Shown here in pieces: positions 13,293 to 27,658 of a DNA stretch of 64,000 nucleotides. Under the pieces are notes generated by a model. That model ran no database searches and had not been told where the DNA came from. It saw only the letters and a program-made list of their open reading frames with translations. Numbering within the stretch: position 1 is the first letter of the stretch; each line of letters begins with the position of its first letter. A program made the position numbers and the translations under genes. Source of the stretch: Octopus vulgaris. Its lineage: Eukaryota. Where the stretch lies: the NCBI GenBank assembly GCA_951406725.2, contig OX597818.1:103726001-103790000 (forward strand). Direction: 5' to 3'.

Positions 13293-15051
13293 ACGTATTC
13301 TAGTCAAAGGACTGCATCGATGCTGAGCAGTAAATTACTTATAGATATAATGGTTCTCGACTATATTTGTACACAGAGTTTTCACAATTTACACCAACAA
13401 AATCACCATCAATCAAAGACTGTTGGAACAAAATTGAAAATAGTATCAACTAAGTGTTAATAGACAAAAGGTCACTAAAGGACTATGTATGAAACTTTTC
13501 TAAATCTGTACAACGGATACAGCCGTTCGTCGGTTCGTTCAAAGGCCTCGGCTTTTTATACCTATCTATCGCATATTATGAATTAAACATTAAGGAGTTC
13601 TGTAACGTTTCTTTCGTTTCGGAGAATAATGTTTCCCACTTTAGTATCTACTAGTAGTCACATGATATATATCTGAATATATTTCGCACAAACATCAAAA
13701 TCGATACGATAAGTGATATAAGGCGAAGCGCTTGATCAAAAGATTAATCGCTATCAAATTGTGTCTGAAATATAATATATACCATAGCTACGTACACACA
13801 ATGTTTATGAATGTAAGAATGTATAAATGAATGTATGGATATGTGTATCAAAGCAAGTGTACGTTATATGTGATTCTTTGTGCGCATTTATGTATTATAA
13901 TATATGAGCGTGTATACGAACATATATGAATATATAACGTGTTTGTGCGCGCGCGCCTGTGTGTTATACCTCAAATTTATCTATGTGAATATGGAATAAA
14001 CCTGGACATGTGACTGTTTCTGTGAGTGCGTATGTGTGTTTGTGTGTGTGTGTGTGTGTGTATGTATGTGTGTGTGTGCGTGTGTGTGTGTGTACTGAGG
14101 GGGGTGATTGTCTATGCATTTGTGTGGTCTGCGCTTGTTCTAGTAATAGCTTTCCACCTGCTTTCAGATGTTATGAATAAATATATTTCGAAAAAGAAAA
14201 ATATTTGTATAAACACATTCCCTCCCTTTAAGATTGATAGCCCTTATATGGCAGACCTGAACTGCTTTGGTTTTGTTCCTTCAGATACTAACATTGGACA
14301 TCATGTAAAAAAATAAAACAAATTTTGTTGAACATCAGAGAATATACATTATATTTGAAATGAACGGCGAAACAATATATCGACAATGATGGCGTGTGTT
14401 GGAGTATGGAGTAACAATTATATAGAAAAACAAAGCAAAGTTGGTGTCAGAGTTAAAAATAAAGAAAAGAAATTGTAGATATAGGATGAAAGAATGTGCA
14501 TGAATAGTAGAAATGATAAAAATACATGAAGCAATTAAAATATTCACGCAATTTTGTGGTTTATTCATGTGAAGTTAGTATTTTTCAGTCCATTTCGGGG
14601 TCTCCTGGAGTTATTTATAATTCAAGATTTCTGCTATGATATTAATACTGAGAACTTCATTGTGTAGGATTTGTTACAATTGATCTTGTCTTTGCTCTGT
14701 GTAACATTAGATCCGTCAATATTTTTCGATTCGAAGTCATAGCCGGAAAGTTTCAGCCGGCAAAAGTTTTCGATAGCACCATTGCTTTTCTTGCATCAGA
14801 GATGTAAAACATTGTGTGATAAAAGAACAATAGATTAAGCATTACCTCCATCATTCAAATGCGTGTTCTTTGGCGTATTTATAGGAGTGAATTTACTGAA
14901 TTGATCTATGATGATAAATCATATATTTCCCAAGGTTTCTCTTGTGCCTTTGTATATTTGCGATCTGCACGTGCATGTGACTCCAGTTGTTTTGACTGGT
15001 GAGTTTATGTGGAGCTGTCTGCCGGTGATCCTCCCAATATTTAATGAAGTA

Positions 15052-15445
15052 GAGCGGCAGATGCGTTAACGCGCCGGGCGAAATGCTTCACGGTATTTCG
15101 TCTGCCGCTACGTTCTGAGTTCAAATTCCGACGAGGTCGACTTTGCCTTTCATCCTTTCGGTGTCGATTAAATAAGTACCAGTTACGCACTGGGGTCGAT
15201 ATAATCGACTTAATCCGTTTGTCTGTCCTTGATTGTCCTCTCTGTGTTTAGCCCTTTGTGGGTAGTAAAGAAATAGGTACGTTCTGAGTTCAAATTTCGA
15301 CGAGGTCGACTTCCCCTTTCATCCTTTCGAGGTCGATTAAATCAGTACTAGTTACGGACTAGGGTCGATGTCATCAACTTAATCTCTTTGAATATCCTTG
15401 TTTGTCTCCTCTGTGTTTTTCCCTATGTGAGCAATAAAGAAAGAA
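15052..15445 (+). mobile_element. SINE family A, dimer
   Basis: Same head and body as 6448; the second unit starts after gtaaagaaatag at about 15277. Confidence 0.85.
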
Positions 15446-15861
15446 ATATGTAATGAAGTAAAACACGGGTGGATGTCATTGGCAGAGGGGGGAGTATATA
15501 GATGGTTAGCTTGTCATTCCTATTATATAAAGATTTAAGGCTCCATTCCTGTGTGCAGGGACTTGAGGAATTCTTAAGCAACGCGGTTAATTTTACAATA
15601 CAAAACTCAACTCAAATATAAACGTATACCAGCAAAGTGATGGTATTTCAATATCTACTTCTCCACCCGACTCATTTTAAATGTTTGAAAGGTACAAATT
15701 GAGTGTAAGAACAAGATTATGTGTCCCCTAACTCTCTCTATATATGAGCTTGTTTGCGAGTTTATGTGTCTATATTTATGGAAGTACATGAACAATACAA
15801 TAAAAAAAATTATTGAATGTTGTGCCTTTTACGGCTACTGCCAGTCATATAATTCAAAACG

Positions 15862-15919
<58 letters not shown>

Positions 15920-16563
15920 GTTTGAAAAAGCAAGAAAAAGCATTGAGCATCACCAGTTACACTATCTTACCAAAGTATGTCTTTATCCAAGCAGAGGAAC
16001 TAGTCTACATCAATTGATGGTAACAATTTGCTTCTGACGAGCAGTTCCTGGATGGCTGTTGACGTTACTAAGATCCTTTTCCCATTAACATTGTTTTGCT
16101 TTTCGTCCTGCAACGTATCAAATACACCAATCATTGGTAGGTTTGCAAACTAAGGCACCTACGGCATATCATTGTTGTATCTTGTACTAGGTTGTGTCAT
16201 CGGTAACAAAGCCACCCTAAACTTTTAGTTCTAAATATACGATACCTCATGGTTCCAAAATATATGTCATCACAATTCATTTTTGTTGAACTTAGATAGA
16301 ATCCTACGGGATTAAACACTATCAACAACCTTTGATTATCTCTGGAGTTCAAATTCTATATTTACAGAGCGCTATATTATACAGAGCGGGAATTATTATT
16401 TGACATGTGTGCAGTGAATCGAGGAAGTACAGCAAAAACAATGAGGTTAGATATTGGTATGAGTAGAAATACGTTTTCGTGTTCCCATACTCAAACATAC
16501 ATTTACATACGTACACGTATATGTGTGTTCGTGTACCCATCACCGTGTTAAATGAAATCTAAG

Positions 16564-16612
<49 letters not shown>

Positions 16613-18376
16613 AGTTGATGGATTGGATTTTATCAATAGAATCTATTGATAAAATCTAAACCATCAACTTGTGACTATTTCTATTGTACTCTATCTAGCC
16701 CTGATGCGATTCTACCCAATATTATTCAAACTGATATTTTATTCTAATCTTTGGACTTATTCCATTCTTTGAAATTCCAATTATATATTGGATTGAACTG
16801 AAACGTACGTAGACCTTTTTTATTTTGCAGTATGTTAATAATTTAATTTTATATGCTTAACAACTCCCTTCGTTCTTCTTTTATCATATTTATACTTATA
16901 ATAATCCCATATAAATTGAAGAGATATTCCTGAAACGTGTTTGTGATGAAACCTGTGATATTTCGGATAATAATCCCTTAAGAGGAAAGAATATCCTTAC
17001 GTAGACCATATATGTGTGTCTATATAGATATGTATATAAATGTTTGTGTGTATATGTATAGAAAACATTTATATTGACATGTTAATATATGTGTGCAAGT
17101 ATGTATATATATTTGCAAACTTCATAAAATATGAGTGCCTGCTCTTTATATTCCTCACCACAAATGCCATTACTTACGTTATAATCGGTATCTATGATAA
17201 CTGTACTTTAAAATTAAAAACCCCTTTAAAATTTTGGCCCAAAGATGATGCAGATATATGTATCATGAGGATACCATAGATATCTGGAAATTACATTACC
17301 AAAGGATAGACATCAGTGTCACTAACTGTGTTGGTACATTATACATCGCACTGAGAAATTATTTTCACATCTCTCTAAGGTTTCATATAGTCAGCCTATC
17401 AATTTAATTTTCTTCACAGTGTCAACTTCTCTCTTCCCAATCTAACGTGGTATGCTATAACATGTTTAGCATCCCCGAACTTATGTGTTGAATGGCAATT
17501 TGGATTTCTTGTAAGGTATGGTTGTTTTATCCATGTCTTCGACTACACAGAGATGTTGTGAAACCGCGTGAGTTATATTTCGTGGATTGTGAAACACACC
17601 TGTGAAATACTGCATTCATTTTATGAGAATTCCTTTCTCATCGATTTAGGTGGATCCACCTTTAAAACAGAGAGGTGTATTTGTTTGGCGATAACGAAAA
17701 TATATCTTTTAACAAGCTGTCCTTAATAGTGAAGGGTATTCTTTAAAAAATCCTTTGCCTATCGGCAGATTTGTTCAGGCGCCACACATTTTTCATTGTC
17801 TTTCTTTCTCTCAGTAATATTGATTTATAGGCTTTGATAATTCCTTTGACTTGTAATATTCCTCGATATGTAAATGAAGATAGAAGAACTTAGATTGTAA
17901 TTCATGGTAAGTGTGTATGAGTTTAGATCTTTCTAATTTATTTTCATCAAATCTACCTTTGTGATTGCGTGTTCTGAAACACAAGTTATCACGATCAGGG
18001 GTCCCAAACACCGTTGTAGGAATGGTGACTATTAAACATTATTCGATGAATTTAACATAGATTCACCGTATGTTGTAGCTACTACTACATCTCAGAATTT
18101 ATCATCGTGTAGTAGTTTTGAGAACACACCTGATTTTTCTCTGTTCGATATATTTCGATACAAACGGCTCCTGAGTTCCATCTAGATTTTGAATATTCAG
18201 ATTTCAGAACATGTAGATCGATAGATTATATGTTACTTAACAGATTATATATATATTTAAGGGAATTTATGCAGAACTAGTATAACTTTCATAGTGTTCT
18301 TAAGCTTGCAAACGATCCAATCCCGAACTTGCGATGAATAATGTGTATTCTTTTATGTTCCTGCATTTATACACAA

Positions 18377-18735
18377 CTAGCACTATGACCCGACAACGCC
18401 GGGTCATAGTGCTAGTGCATACATATACAGCTGCGTGCGTGCGCACATGCACGCGAGTACTCTCCAAATCTCCGACCAATCACATACAGCTAGTTGGCAT
18501 TCAATTGGCGTATCAAGTTTCGGGCATTTTGTTTGGGTTTTGGATAGAAAATTTACAAAAAAATCACTTCTATTGATTTTTTTAATGTCTTTGCGGGAAA
18601 GGTAATGATGTGCACGACCACCCTTGAACGGTTTTCAATGACCACAGAAAGTGCGAGCCCTCTAACTGAAAAATTGTGGATTTATATAAAGGATACACAT
18701 ACACACAGACATTTTGCCATTTATATATAAATAGA
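18377..18735 (-). mobile_element. Non-autonomous Helitron
   Basis: On minus it starts TC after a host A and ends CTAG before a host T. The 3' hairpin is actagcactatgacccg-acaacgc-cgggtcatagtgctagt (18376-18416). No TSD. Confidence 0.75.
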
Positions 18736-20039
18736 TATTTGGGTGTTTTAAATGCATAAATGTTTTATATCAACGTATATATTACAAAACTAATACAACT
18801 TAATTCAAATTACGGTATATGTCCAGTGCACGTAAACCGAATTACGAATGAATACCTTAAGGAAAATTCAATTGTCACAGTGTGAACATCTAAGCAATTC
18901 GTTTTATAGCGTAAACTTAAAAGAGTAAATGTTGTGAATTATATAGAAAATAACTATAATCGTTCATATTTATACACTATTATAAAGAAAACACAAAATA
19001 CGGCAGTGAAAATTTATCTAAATTACTTTATTGATTATTTATACGCTTTTACCTTAATCCCATGAAAATGGATTATGAAATGGTGCTGGGGGCGTGCATG
19101 TGTGTATATATGTGTATGTGTATATGTGAGTATATATATATAAGCTAAAACGGGGAAAAATAGCGCCCCCAACGTCTTCTCTTCTTTATTTCTGTTTTCG
19201 ACTGCGATGAATTTATCTTAGTATTTAATCTTAATTTCTCAGCCGAATTTCGCTTTACAGGCTTCAAAACGATTAAACGTGACTGCAATAAAATTTTACT
19301 ACCCTCTATATAAAACTGAGGAGTTGAGTTTATGATGACGAATGAAACGCTTTCATCACCTGCAACTAATCGAAAATAGATACATGTTGGTTAAGAAAAT
19401 GTTCACATATTTCTACAGATGAATTGTGTAATAAATACCATTTATTATGTAGACAAAAATATTGATTACTCTTCTAAAAATTTCCCTGAACCGTTTTCTT
19501 ACACATTAGTGAGAAATAAAATAAAATTCATAAACAAACTAATTATATTCAATAATATAATTTATCGAAACAGCTTTAGTGAGAAACGTAATGTCTCATA
19601 TTTTGTTTATATTTGTATGTTTTGTTTTGTTCAATATATTAGAATATTTCCAATGTATTTATTGAACGTATAGTGTGTAGATGCTTATTGGAAACGTACT
19701 TAAATATATGACGCAAATTGTATAATAGCGATTGAGATAAAATATACTATCAAATAATTATCATACTTGTGATATCGAGCCAATCTAAAACGGTGGCATT
19801 CGAATATTATATTAAACTTCCAGATTTTAACCTATTGATAACAAGTTATATTGATTAACTATTATCATAATATGACGTAAATATATCGAGTAGACTATCT
19901 TATTCACAAAAGAAAAAAAAACTGTTTATGAAATTTTTTCATTTTTTCATACACAAATGTTTAATGTGTAATTATGTAAAGGTTTAATTGAAAGATTTAC
20001 CATACTTTAAAACTTACTTAAATTCATTATATGATTTCA

Positions 20040-20099
<60 letters not shown>

Positions 20100-20135
20100 T
20101 TATAATAATATTAATAATAATAATAATAATAAAAA

Positions 20136-20210
<75 letters not shown>

Positions 20211-20211
<1 letters not shown>

Positions 20212-20768
20212 TGGAAGCTATGCCAACAGTATAGAATAACAACAGAAAAAAGATGGTATAGGCACACACCAGAAAAGGTCACAGAAAACGAGAAGGCAAC
20301 CATACTCTGGGATATGCCAATAAACACAGATAGAGAATTTAAGGCCAACAGACCAGATATAGATGTCATAGATCACGAAGAAAAAAAATGCTTTCTAATT
20401 GATGTATCAATACCAGCAGATGACAATGTGTCTCTAAAAGAAATAGAGAAACTCTCAAAATACAAAGACCTGGAAATAAAGGTAACTAGAATGTGGAATC
20501 TAAAAACAGAAACAATTCCTATCATAGTAGGTGCATTAGGCATGATAAAAAAATATTCAGACAAATACATAACAAAAACACCAGGACTTACAAACACATA
20601 TAACATATACAAAAAATTGCACTACTAGGCACTGCACACATCCTACGCAGAACACTTTCAATACAGTAACCATCAGAGCATCACAACAAATCACAGCACG
20701 TGCCCAATGCACAAAGAGCTGTGCTCAGTAGTGAAGTGAAAGCACGTTATAAAAATAAAGCCACTGAA
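20211..20768 (+). mobile_element. 3' fragment of an R4/Dong-type LINE (REL endonuclease tail) inside (TAA)n
   Basis: ILWDMPINTDREFKANRPDI...LIDVSIP...EIEKLSKYKDL...IPIIVGALG; (TAA)n tracts on both sides. Confidence 0.9.
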
Positions 20769-20770
20769 TG

Positions 20771-20837
<67 letters not shown>

Positions 20838-21748
20838 GAAGAAGAAGAAGAAGAAGAAGAAGAGAGTTAATTTGAATCTAACTATCTTGCTTCGATCTAA
20901 CTAGAAAACAGACCAAAAATAACACCTACATCCGCTCCATACTGGGAGAAAAATGTACACTTTTGTTAAAATGCTCCTAGTTTTGCAACTAATGGAAAAT
21001 ACATAGATTTGACTACTCAGCATTTGGTTATATAACAGCCCAATTAGTAGTACAGTCGTTCTGGTCCATAAAAACTCATCTTTATTCATAAATGCAAATG
21101 TGACTTAAATTTACTATTCACTCTTCTGAAGCAATTATAACGTCATCTGCATCGGGTCCTATAAAATTGATTATATATGCGAAGGATCAAAAGTCTAATG
21201 GCTTCATTTAATCAATGGATGTAGTTATTTCACTGAATTTTTCTATAGCCAGAGCCTGACGTTGAGTGAAGTCATAAATATAATACTTGTTTCTATAGAT
21301 GATTCAATAATGCCCGCCCCTAAAATTTATTTGTAATATTTTATAAGTCTGTTCAAACTCGAATATATATATACGCTGGAACACGCAGAATATTAAATAC
21401 TGCCGAGTTATAGATGTGACTTTCATGAAATTCGGCTTCAATATAGGTAATTTCTGTGATAACAACAAAGAAATTATGCGGGATGTTCGATATTTTTGCT
21501 GTTCTTGACAGCATTTGTGATTGTAAAGCTGTGACTGGAGAAAGTGTACGAAGTGAGACTTAGGAATACATGCTTGCATAGAAATACACATAATTGGACA
21601 TGTTCCCACATACACCTGGCGAATATACGTTCCTACAGGAATACATAAATATATTCCTAAATACATACACATATGCAAACATGCATAGATACGCCAGCCC
21701 CATCTGTATGACTGACAGCGTATAACGGAAGATTGAAGCACATACACA

Positions 21749-21813
<65 letters not shown>

Positions 21814-21889
21814 GTATATATATATATATATATATATACACATACATAATTACGCCCATACACACATGAATACATGCAAATATGCATAT

Positions 21890-22042
21890 TTTGTGGCTGC
21901 GTGTTAAGAAATTTGCTTTCTAAACATATAGATACGGATTCAGTCCGACTGCGTAACACCTTCAGCAAATGTTTTCTATAACATCCTAGTGACCAGATCC
22001 TTGAAAGCGTATTTGGTAGACAGACAACAGAAGAAACCCGTC

Positions 22043-22101
<59 letters not shown>

Positions 22102-22355
22102 CAGCAAAATTTAGATTCAGATGAATATGGTACTTAAGATAAAGGCACCTGAATTTTGTATGGTATTATCCATATAAATCAAATGGGGTGATTATTATCA
22201 AAATAAGCAACAAGGATATCCAACGTAGTGTAGTACAATTCTTGCATGCTATTTCATTTTATTAAACACTGTAAGTATTACAACAATTTTAAAATGTCGA
22301 GCAATCTTCAGCCACATATAGAATTTTTTAATTAAACGGATATATACACACAAAT

Positions 22356-22392
<37 letters not shown>

Positions 22393-22407
22393 AACATATA
22401 TATATAT

Positions 22408-22457
<50 letters not shown>

Positions 22458-22700
22458 ATGTATGTGAGTGTGTTTGTGTCGGTGTTTGTCCTCCATCACC
22501 GTTTAACTGCTAGCGTAGGTGTGTTTATGTCCACGTAATTTAGCGATTCGGTAACACAGACTGGTCGACTAAGTACCAGGCGTATACAAAAGAAAAATCA
22601 AAAACCCATTGTACTGGGATTGATTCTATCAACCCAAAAATTCGTCAAGGCAGTGCTCCAACCTGGCCGCAGTCCAATAACTGAAGCAGGTAAAAGATTG
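21890..22700 (+). mobile_element. Diverged SINE family B whose internal (TA)n carries a PLE-tail insertion (22097-22325) with a decayed hammerhead
   Basis: SINE head at 21890 and tail at 22490-22700. The insert resembles 23660-23900 and reads on minus TGTGG-CTGAAGA...gcaag-aatt-GTA-CTACA, with GAAAC mutated. Confidence 0.6.
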
Positions 22701-23589
22701 AACATAAAAGACGTGTAGTATGATACTTTTCTATGTGAAAATTAAAGCACAACACTTCAACATAGAACGTAATATTTCTATTTATTTTAGGTTAGACCCA
22801 CAGCAATTAATAACATTCCCTGACGCTGATGTGTGTCTCAGAATTTTCTTTTGCTCACTTAACTCTTTATAATAGAGCGCCTGTAGTGAAAACAACTGAA
22901 AACATTGGCACCAATTATTTCTCAGAAACTACTGTGCAACTCGGCCACTTCCGTGTTGTGTGTTCTCTGGGCATTTTCTAATGCTATGTAAGTTGTCTAT
23001 GCTTTGTGCACCTATTTACATTCCTGCTCTCCCCATTTCAGAGAGTATTATTTTGTCTCTCATCAAACACCTGTTATCCAACACGTTGCCATCACACTAC
23101 GATGGCGATTTGTTGTATGACCTTTACATAATGATTTATGATGCGTTAAAATTTCTTCGTCTCATCTCTGTACCGTGATGCTTCATAAAGTTGTATACAT
23201 CGGAAGAAAAGCAAATTATAACACACTGTTATAATTCTGAATTTTTATTTATTCATTTATTTAGTTTTTGTGGCTCTTTTATTCTTTTTCTCCTCTTGTT
23301 CCTTTTTTGGTTAATTTTTCTCTTTTAATTACAATCAGCTTTAGTCATGCTGCTTTGTGATAGAATATGTTTCATTTCCTCTGTTGACGTTCGCGCGCAT
23401 GAAAGCTATATATATATAATATATGCATGTAAGTATATATGTATGCGCGTATGTATGTATAAGTAAATCTGACTTGTTTACACACGTCTGCATACTGTTT
23501 GTGTGCATGTCTGTGATTTTTGGGTCAATGGTGAATGCATTATTTTGTTCATGTATACAAATATATCTCTCTCTTTATCTCTGCCTCTC

Positions 23590-23660
<71 letters not shown>

Positions 23661-23807
23661 AAAAGCAATAAAGATTCAAGTTAATTTAAAAGAATTTACT
23701 TGAATATGGTACCTAACTTAGATGCACCAAAAAAAACTATACTGATTTAACAATACAGTAATGTGGGGTGATTATAAGCGAGAATGAAGCAACAAGAATG
23801 GATAGGT

Positions 23808-23898
23808 TTTTAGTACAATCGTTTCATACAAGGACAGGTTTTATTAAAAGTTGCAAAAATTACAGCATATAAACGTGTCCCGTACTCATCAGCTAAAA
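23808..23898 (-). ncRNA. Type-I hammerhead ribozyme in the PLE pseudo-LTR (sense to the ORF)
   Basis: TTTTAG-CTGATGA-GTACGGGACA...TGTCCTTGTAT-GAAAC-gatt-GTA-CTAAAA. Stem III ACGAUUGU is self-complementary with G-U pairs. Confidence 0.85.
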
Positions 23899-25413
23899 TA
23901 CATGTGAGTTCTCTAGACATCCTAGTGGTTGAGGCTATACTCATGAAGTAATGTAGATAATTAAGTAACATAAACAGATTTCAAAAGTTCATTCAAGTTC
24001 TTTAAAGATGATGTACAGTCTTATCACAGAATTTTAAAAAAAGTCTTAATAGCATCACAGAGAAGGTGACCCAATCCATAGTGCACATATGAATTTCCAG
24101 AGATATGATGAGGGATTACATACTCACAGAAGGCAAATTTATCCATTGTTAATTACAACGAGGTGGGTTTCAATTCCTGCTTATTAGAATTACAGAGAGG
24201 GTGAATTAATCCTTTGTATAGATGCACAATTTCCAATGGTGTAGGTGTAAATTTCCAAGGAATTTCATATTCACAGGCGATAAATTTATCAATGGTTGAA
24301 CACAATGAGGTAGGTATCAATTCTTGCTATATGATTAGGTATTTGCCACATTAATCACATTACTGCTATTTACAAGAGGCTGTAGCTATTTAACTTTTAA
24401 AGGCTGAAGGGCTTACTAGAGCTGTATAGAATAGAAAAGGGAAGGGCATAGAAAAAAAGAGAGAAAATAAAAGAGAGAAAATAAAAGAGGAGGGAGTAAA
24501 AAGGGGGGAAAGGGGGACTCAAAGAGAAGAGAAAAGGAAAAAGAGAATAAGAAGAAGAAAAAGAAAAAAGAGAAAAGAGAAAGAAATAGGGAAGGAAGGG
24601 AAAAAAAGAAAAAGAAGAAAAAAGAAAAAAAGAAAAAAGAAGAAAGAAGAAAGAAAAAGAAAAAAAGGGTTCTAGTTATACAGAAGAATTAGTAGACGAC
24701 AAGTCTGGTTTTAGTTTACAGGCATCTAGGAATTAGAGGAGAATATTATTCTTTGACCAGTTAAAACAGTTAATTTATTGCTGTTGAAATCAGCTATGAA
24801 TTTAAAGAGAATCTAAAGAGATAACACAGTTAGGGGTTTCGGGGTCAGATGCTAAAATCACCAGAAAATACATTAGGGAAAACTAGGTATAATCTTATCA
24901 AAAAGTCATCAAAATTTACTTATTTAATTTATTCATTTTATTGTCTTAAGGAGTTGCCGTTATTATTCATACATTGACGGACTACAGGTCAAATCTTAGA
25001 AGATCATTTAAGAGGTGTTAGGGGATTGTCTATCATAATGAAGATAATCATATTATCACCGAGGGAATAGTCTCATTTATTTAATTTTGAAATAGAATTA
25101 TGGGTCTATAGTAACCCAATTTAATTAATTAGATTTATGCTAATTAAATTAGATTAAGTTAGGAACTAAAATTAAAAATTACAATTAAGATTTAAAATTA
25201 AGAATTTAAAAATTTAAAAATTGTGAGTTTGAAATTAAATAAAGCCTCAATTAAGCAGCGAATAAGTGCTATTCATTTCCCTGTTCTCAAAAAACTGATG
25301 CAGATATAGGAAAAAGATAACTGTAGTGTGAGAACTCTTAGTTATCTACTTAAAGCAGTGCTATACCAGTAGAAATCAGGTTATATCTATCTATCTAGTT
25401 ACGAATATTCTAA

Positions 25414-27392
25414 TCATTTAAAATATTTTAAAGTCTTCAATTTAGCGTGGACACAAACTTGACCTAGTTCGATATGGTTATTCAATAGGTTTCTATGTTT
25501 TCTATGCTTTAGAATTTCATATGTCTCCATGGAGCATAGTTGGCAACCAACCCTACTATTTTTATACGGAATTGCTCTCCTAACTATTTCCCAATTAAGG
25601 TTATAATTTTTATTATTATTTTTGAGTTCCCAGATTTTGTTTGAAAGTGTGGTGGTACCAGCTTTATGACGTAATTTAAAAGTCGAGATGTGATTTGTAA
25701 CTCTAGCTAAAAAATTAATTGTACCTCCAATGTAAAAATATTTGTTATTCTCCGTGGATATGGTACATTTATAGATTACATTATTTTCTCCACATAGACC
25801 AGGTGCCGGGCATTTTGATTTTATTCTACACTTACACACAGGAGGAACACCTTCAGGCTTTGGATTATTCTTGGGTAGATGTTTTAGGTTCCTATTATTT
25901 TGATTATCATTTCTATAGTTGGTGCTGATATCTAAAGTATTGCTATTATTTCTTGATCCTTCTGTTTCATTATTTAGATCTAAAGTCCTACCATGATTTC
26001 TTATATTATTGGTAATGTTAATATTATTGCTAGTCTTTTTATCCGACTTCATATTGTTGTTATAGATATCACTAATATTTTCATTCTCCTTATTTTCTCT
26101 ATTTTCTCTATTTCTATTATTTCTATTATTAACATTATTACTTCTACTAATATCGGTATTGCTATTATTACTATTAATGTTAATGCTATTAGTCATTCTG
26201 TGGTTACTAATTTCACCTATGTTTTGATAGTTACTATTGCTGTTTTTATTGTTGGTAGTATTATTACAATTGCTATTGGTATTCATGCTGATATTATTAT
26301 TATTATTATTATTATTATTTATATTTCTATCTTTCCTGGCTAGTTTAATGTTGTTATTATTAATCTTAGCTATTAAAGTGGACATATTTGGGAGGGTTGA
26401 ATAAGAAATCCTAACTGTTTTCCTAGAAATAATTCTATGATATCTATGAGAGATAGGGAAATTTTTTTCCAGAATCACTTTGAATTTGTTCTGTATATCC
26501 GATTGTATCGCACAGTTGAAAGGAATATTCAGCCATAATATATCTTTTTTATTAAATTTAGGGTTCGTAGAATTATTACTATTCATCTCACCGGAGTTAT
26601 TGTATTTATTACCATTATTTTTATTTTTATTTGTGTGCATCTTAGGTTTATCTACTTCAATACTATCCGAGTTACCTATGTTCTGGTCAATGTTTCTATT
26701 TGAATTGTTGGGCCTGTACGCTAGATTAGCGTTTACCGTTAGTTTAATTCTACTTTTATTTCGGGCTTGGTCTTTATTGCTGCTTACGTGATTATTGATA
26801 ACTTCATTATTAGGAATACGTGAGTTCCCCTTATCAACGAATGTAATCTTTTGGTTGTATCCAGCCTTAGTTAACGCCGCATTATAATGCTCAGAATGGG
26901 AGTTAAAAATATCCTTATTGGATGATAATTTTGAAATTCTTAATGAAATATTTCTTACTAAAGATTCTATAATATTTGGGGGATGATTTGATAATTTATT
27001 TACGTAATTCGTGATTTCACCTTCCTTTCTAAATGGGTAATGTAGTTTGGAGTTAAGGTCTAGCGTAGTATCTAGGAAATTAACTATTTTAGTGCCCGGT
27101 TCATACGTTATACTGAGGTTGAAATCCCTAAAGAACTTATTAATTTTCTTTCTAATCCTTTCTATAACAGATTTATTATTACTAGGGATAACAAACAGAG
27201 CATCATCCCTATATAGACCCCCTTGTAATTCTGGGATATCCTTGCTTATGCATTTTAATAGATATGCGCCTACTAGGTTGGTTACCTCAGCCGGATCACT
27301 GGAACCCATTGGTATATCAAAAAAATTTGGTGTATCTGCTCTAGTCCATAATTTATCTTCAAATTCTATAAATGTCTTCCTAGCTAAAAGAA
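25414..27392 (-). CDS. PLE reverse transcriptase (C-terminal half, thumb) + Asn-rich linker + GIY-YIG endonuclease; N-terminus truncated
   Basis: The frame is open upstream of the annotated Met (LLARKTFIEFEDKLWTR..FDIPMGS). Motifs: LYRDD, VNFLD, SNHPP thumb, CKCRIKSKC (CxCx5C), VIY..YIG, R..NH, CQLC..E. Confidence 0.93.
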
Positions 27393-27491
27393 CTTGAATG
27401 AACTTTTGAAATCTGTTTATGTTACTTAATTATCTACATTACTTCATGAGTATAGCCTCAACCACTAGGATGTCTAGAGAACTCACATGTA

Positions 27492-27582
27492 TTTTAGCTG
27501 ATGAGTACGGGACACGTTTATATGCTGTAATTTTTGCAACTTTTAATAAAACCTGTCCTTGTATGAAACGATTGTACTAAAA
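27492..27582 (+). ncRNA. Second copy of the same hammerhead in the inverted pseudo-LTR
   Basis: Reverse complement of 23808-23898. Confidence 0.85.
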
Positions 27583-27613
27583 ACCTATCCATTCTTGTTG
27601 CTTCATTCTCGCG

Positions 27614-27658
<45 letters not shown>

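Larger units (their letters stand above)
23660..27612 (-). mobile_element. 5'-truncated Penelope-like retroelement with inverted pseudo-LTR, inserted in (TA)n
   Basis: RT-GIY-YIG ORF plus a 1.75-kb 3' UTR. A 226-bp inverted repeat (23778-24003 / 27387-27612) appears identical by eye, with a ~118-nt unpaired 3' tail at 23660-23777 and (TA)n at both ends. Confidence 0.93.

Noticed and set aside
12803-13460. Poly-YI/IY, poly-I/L/N and CV-repeat ORFs here and throughout the window
   Set aside because: These are translations of (TA)n, (TAA)n and (CA)n microsatellites.
16690-16816. Further hammerhead remnants (also 12044-12091, 29200-29305, 50058-50150, 52585-52622)
   Set aside because: GAAAC-palindrome-GUH or CUGA halves are visible, but core or stem I positions are too mutated to call.
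17280-18300. Coding-like decayed segment on the minus strand (also 14330-15050 and 8560-8850)
   Set aside because: No motif I can assign confidently; the 14.9-kb piece only faintly resembles a GIY-YIG.
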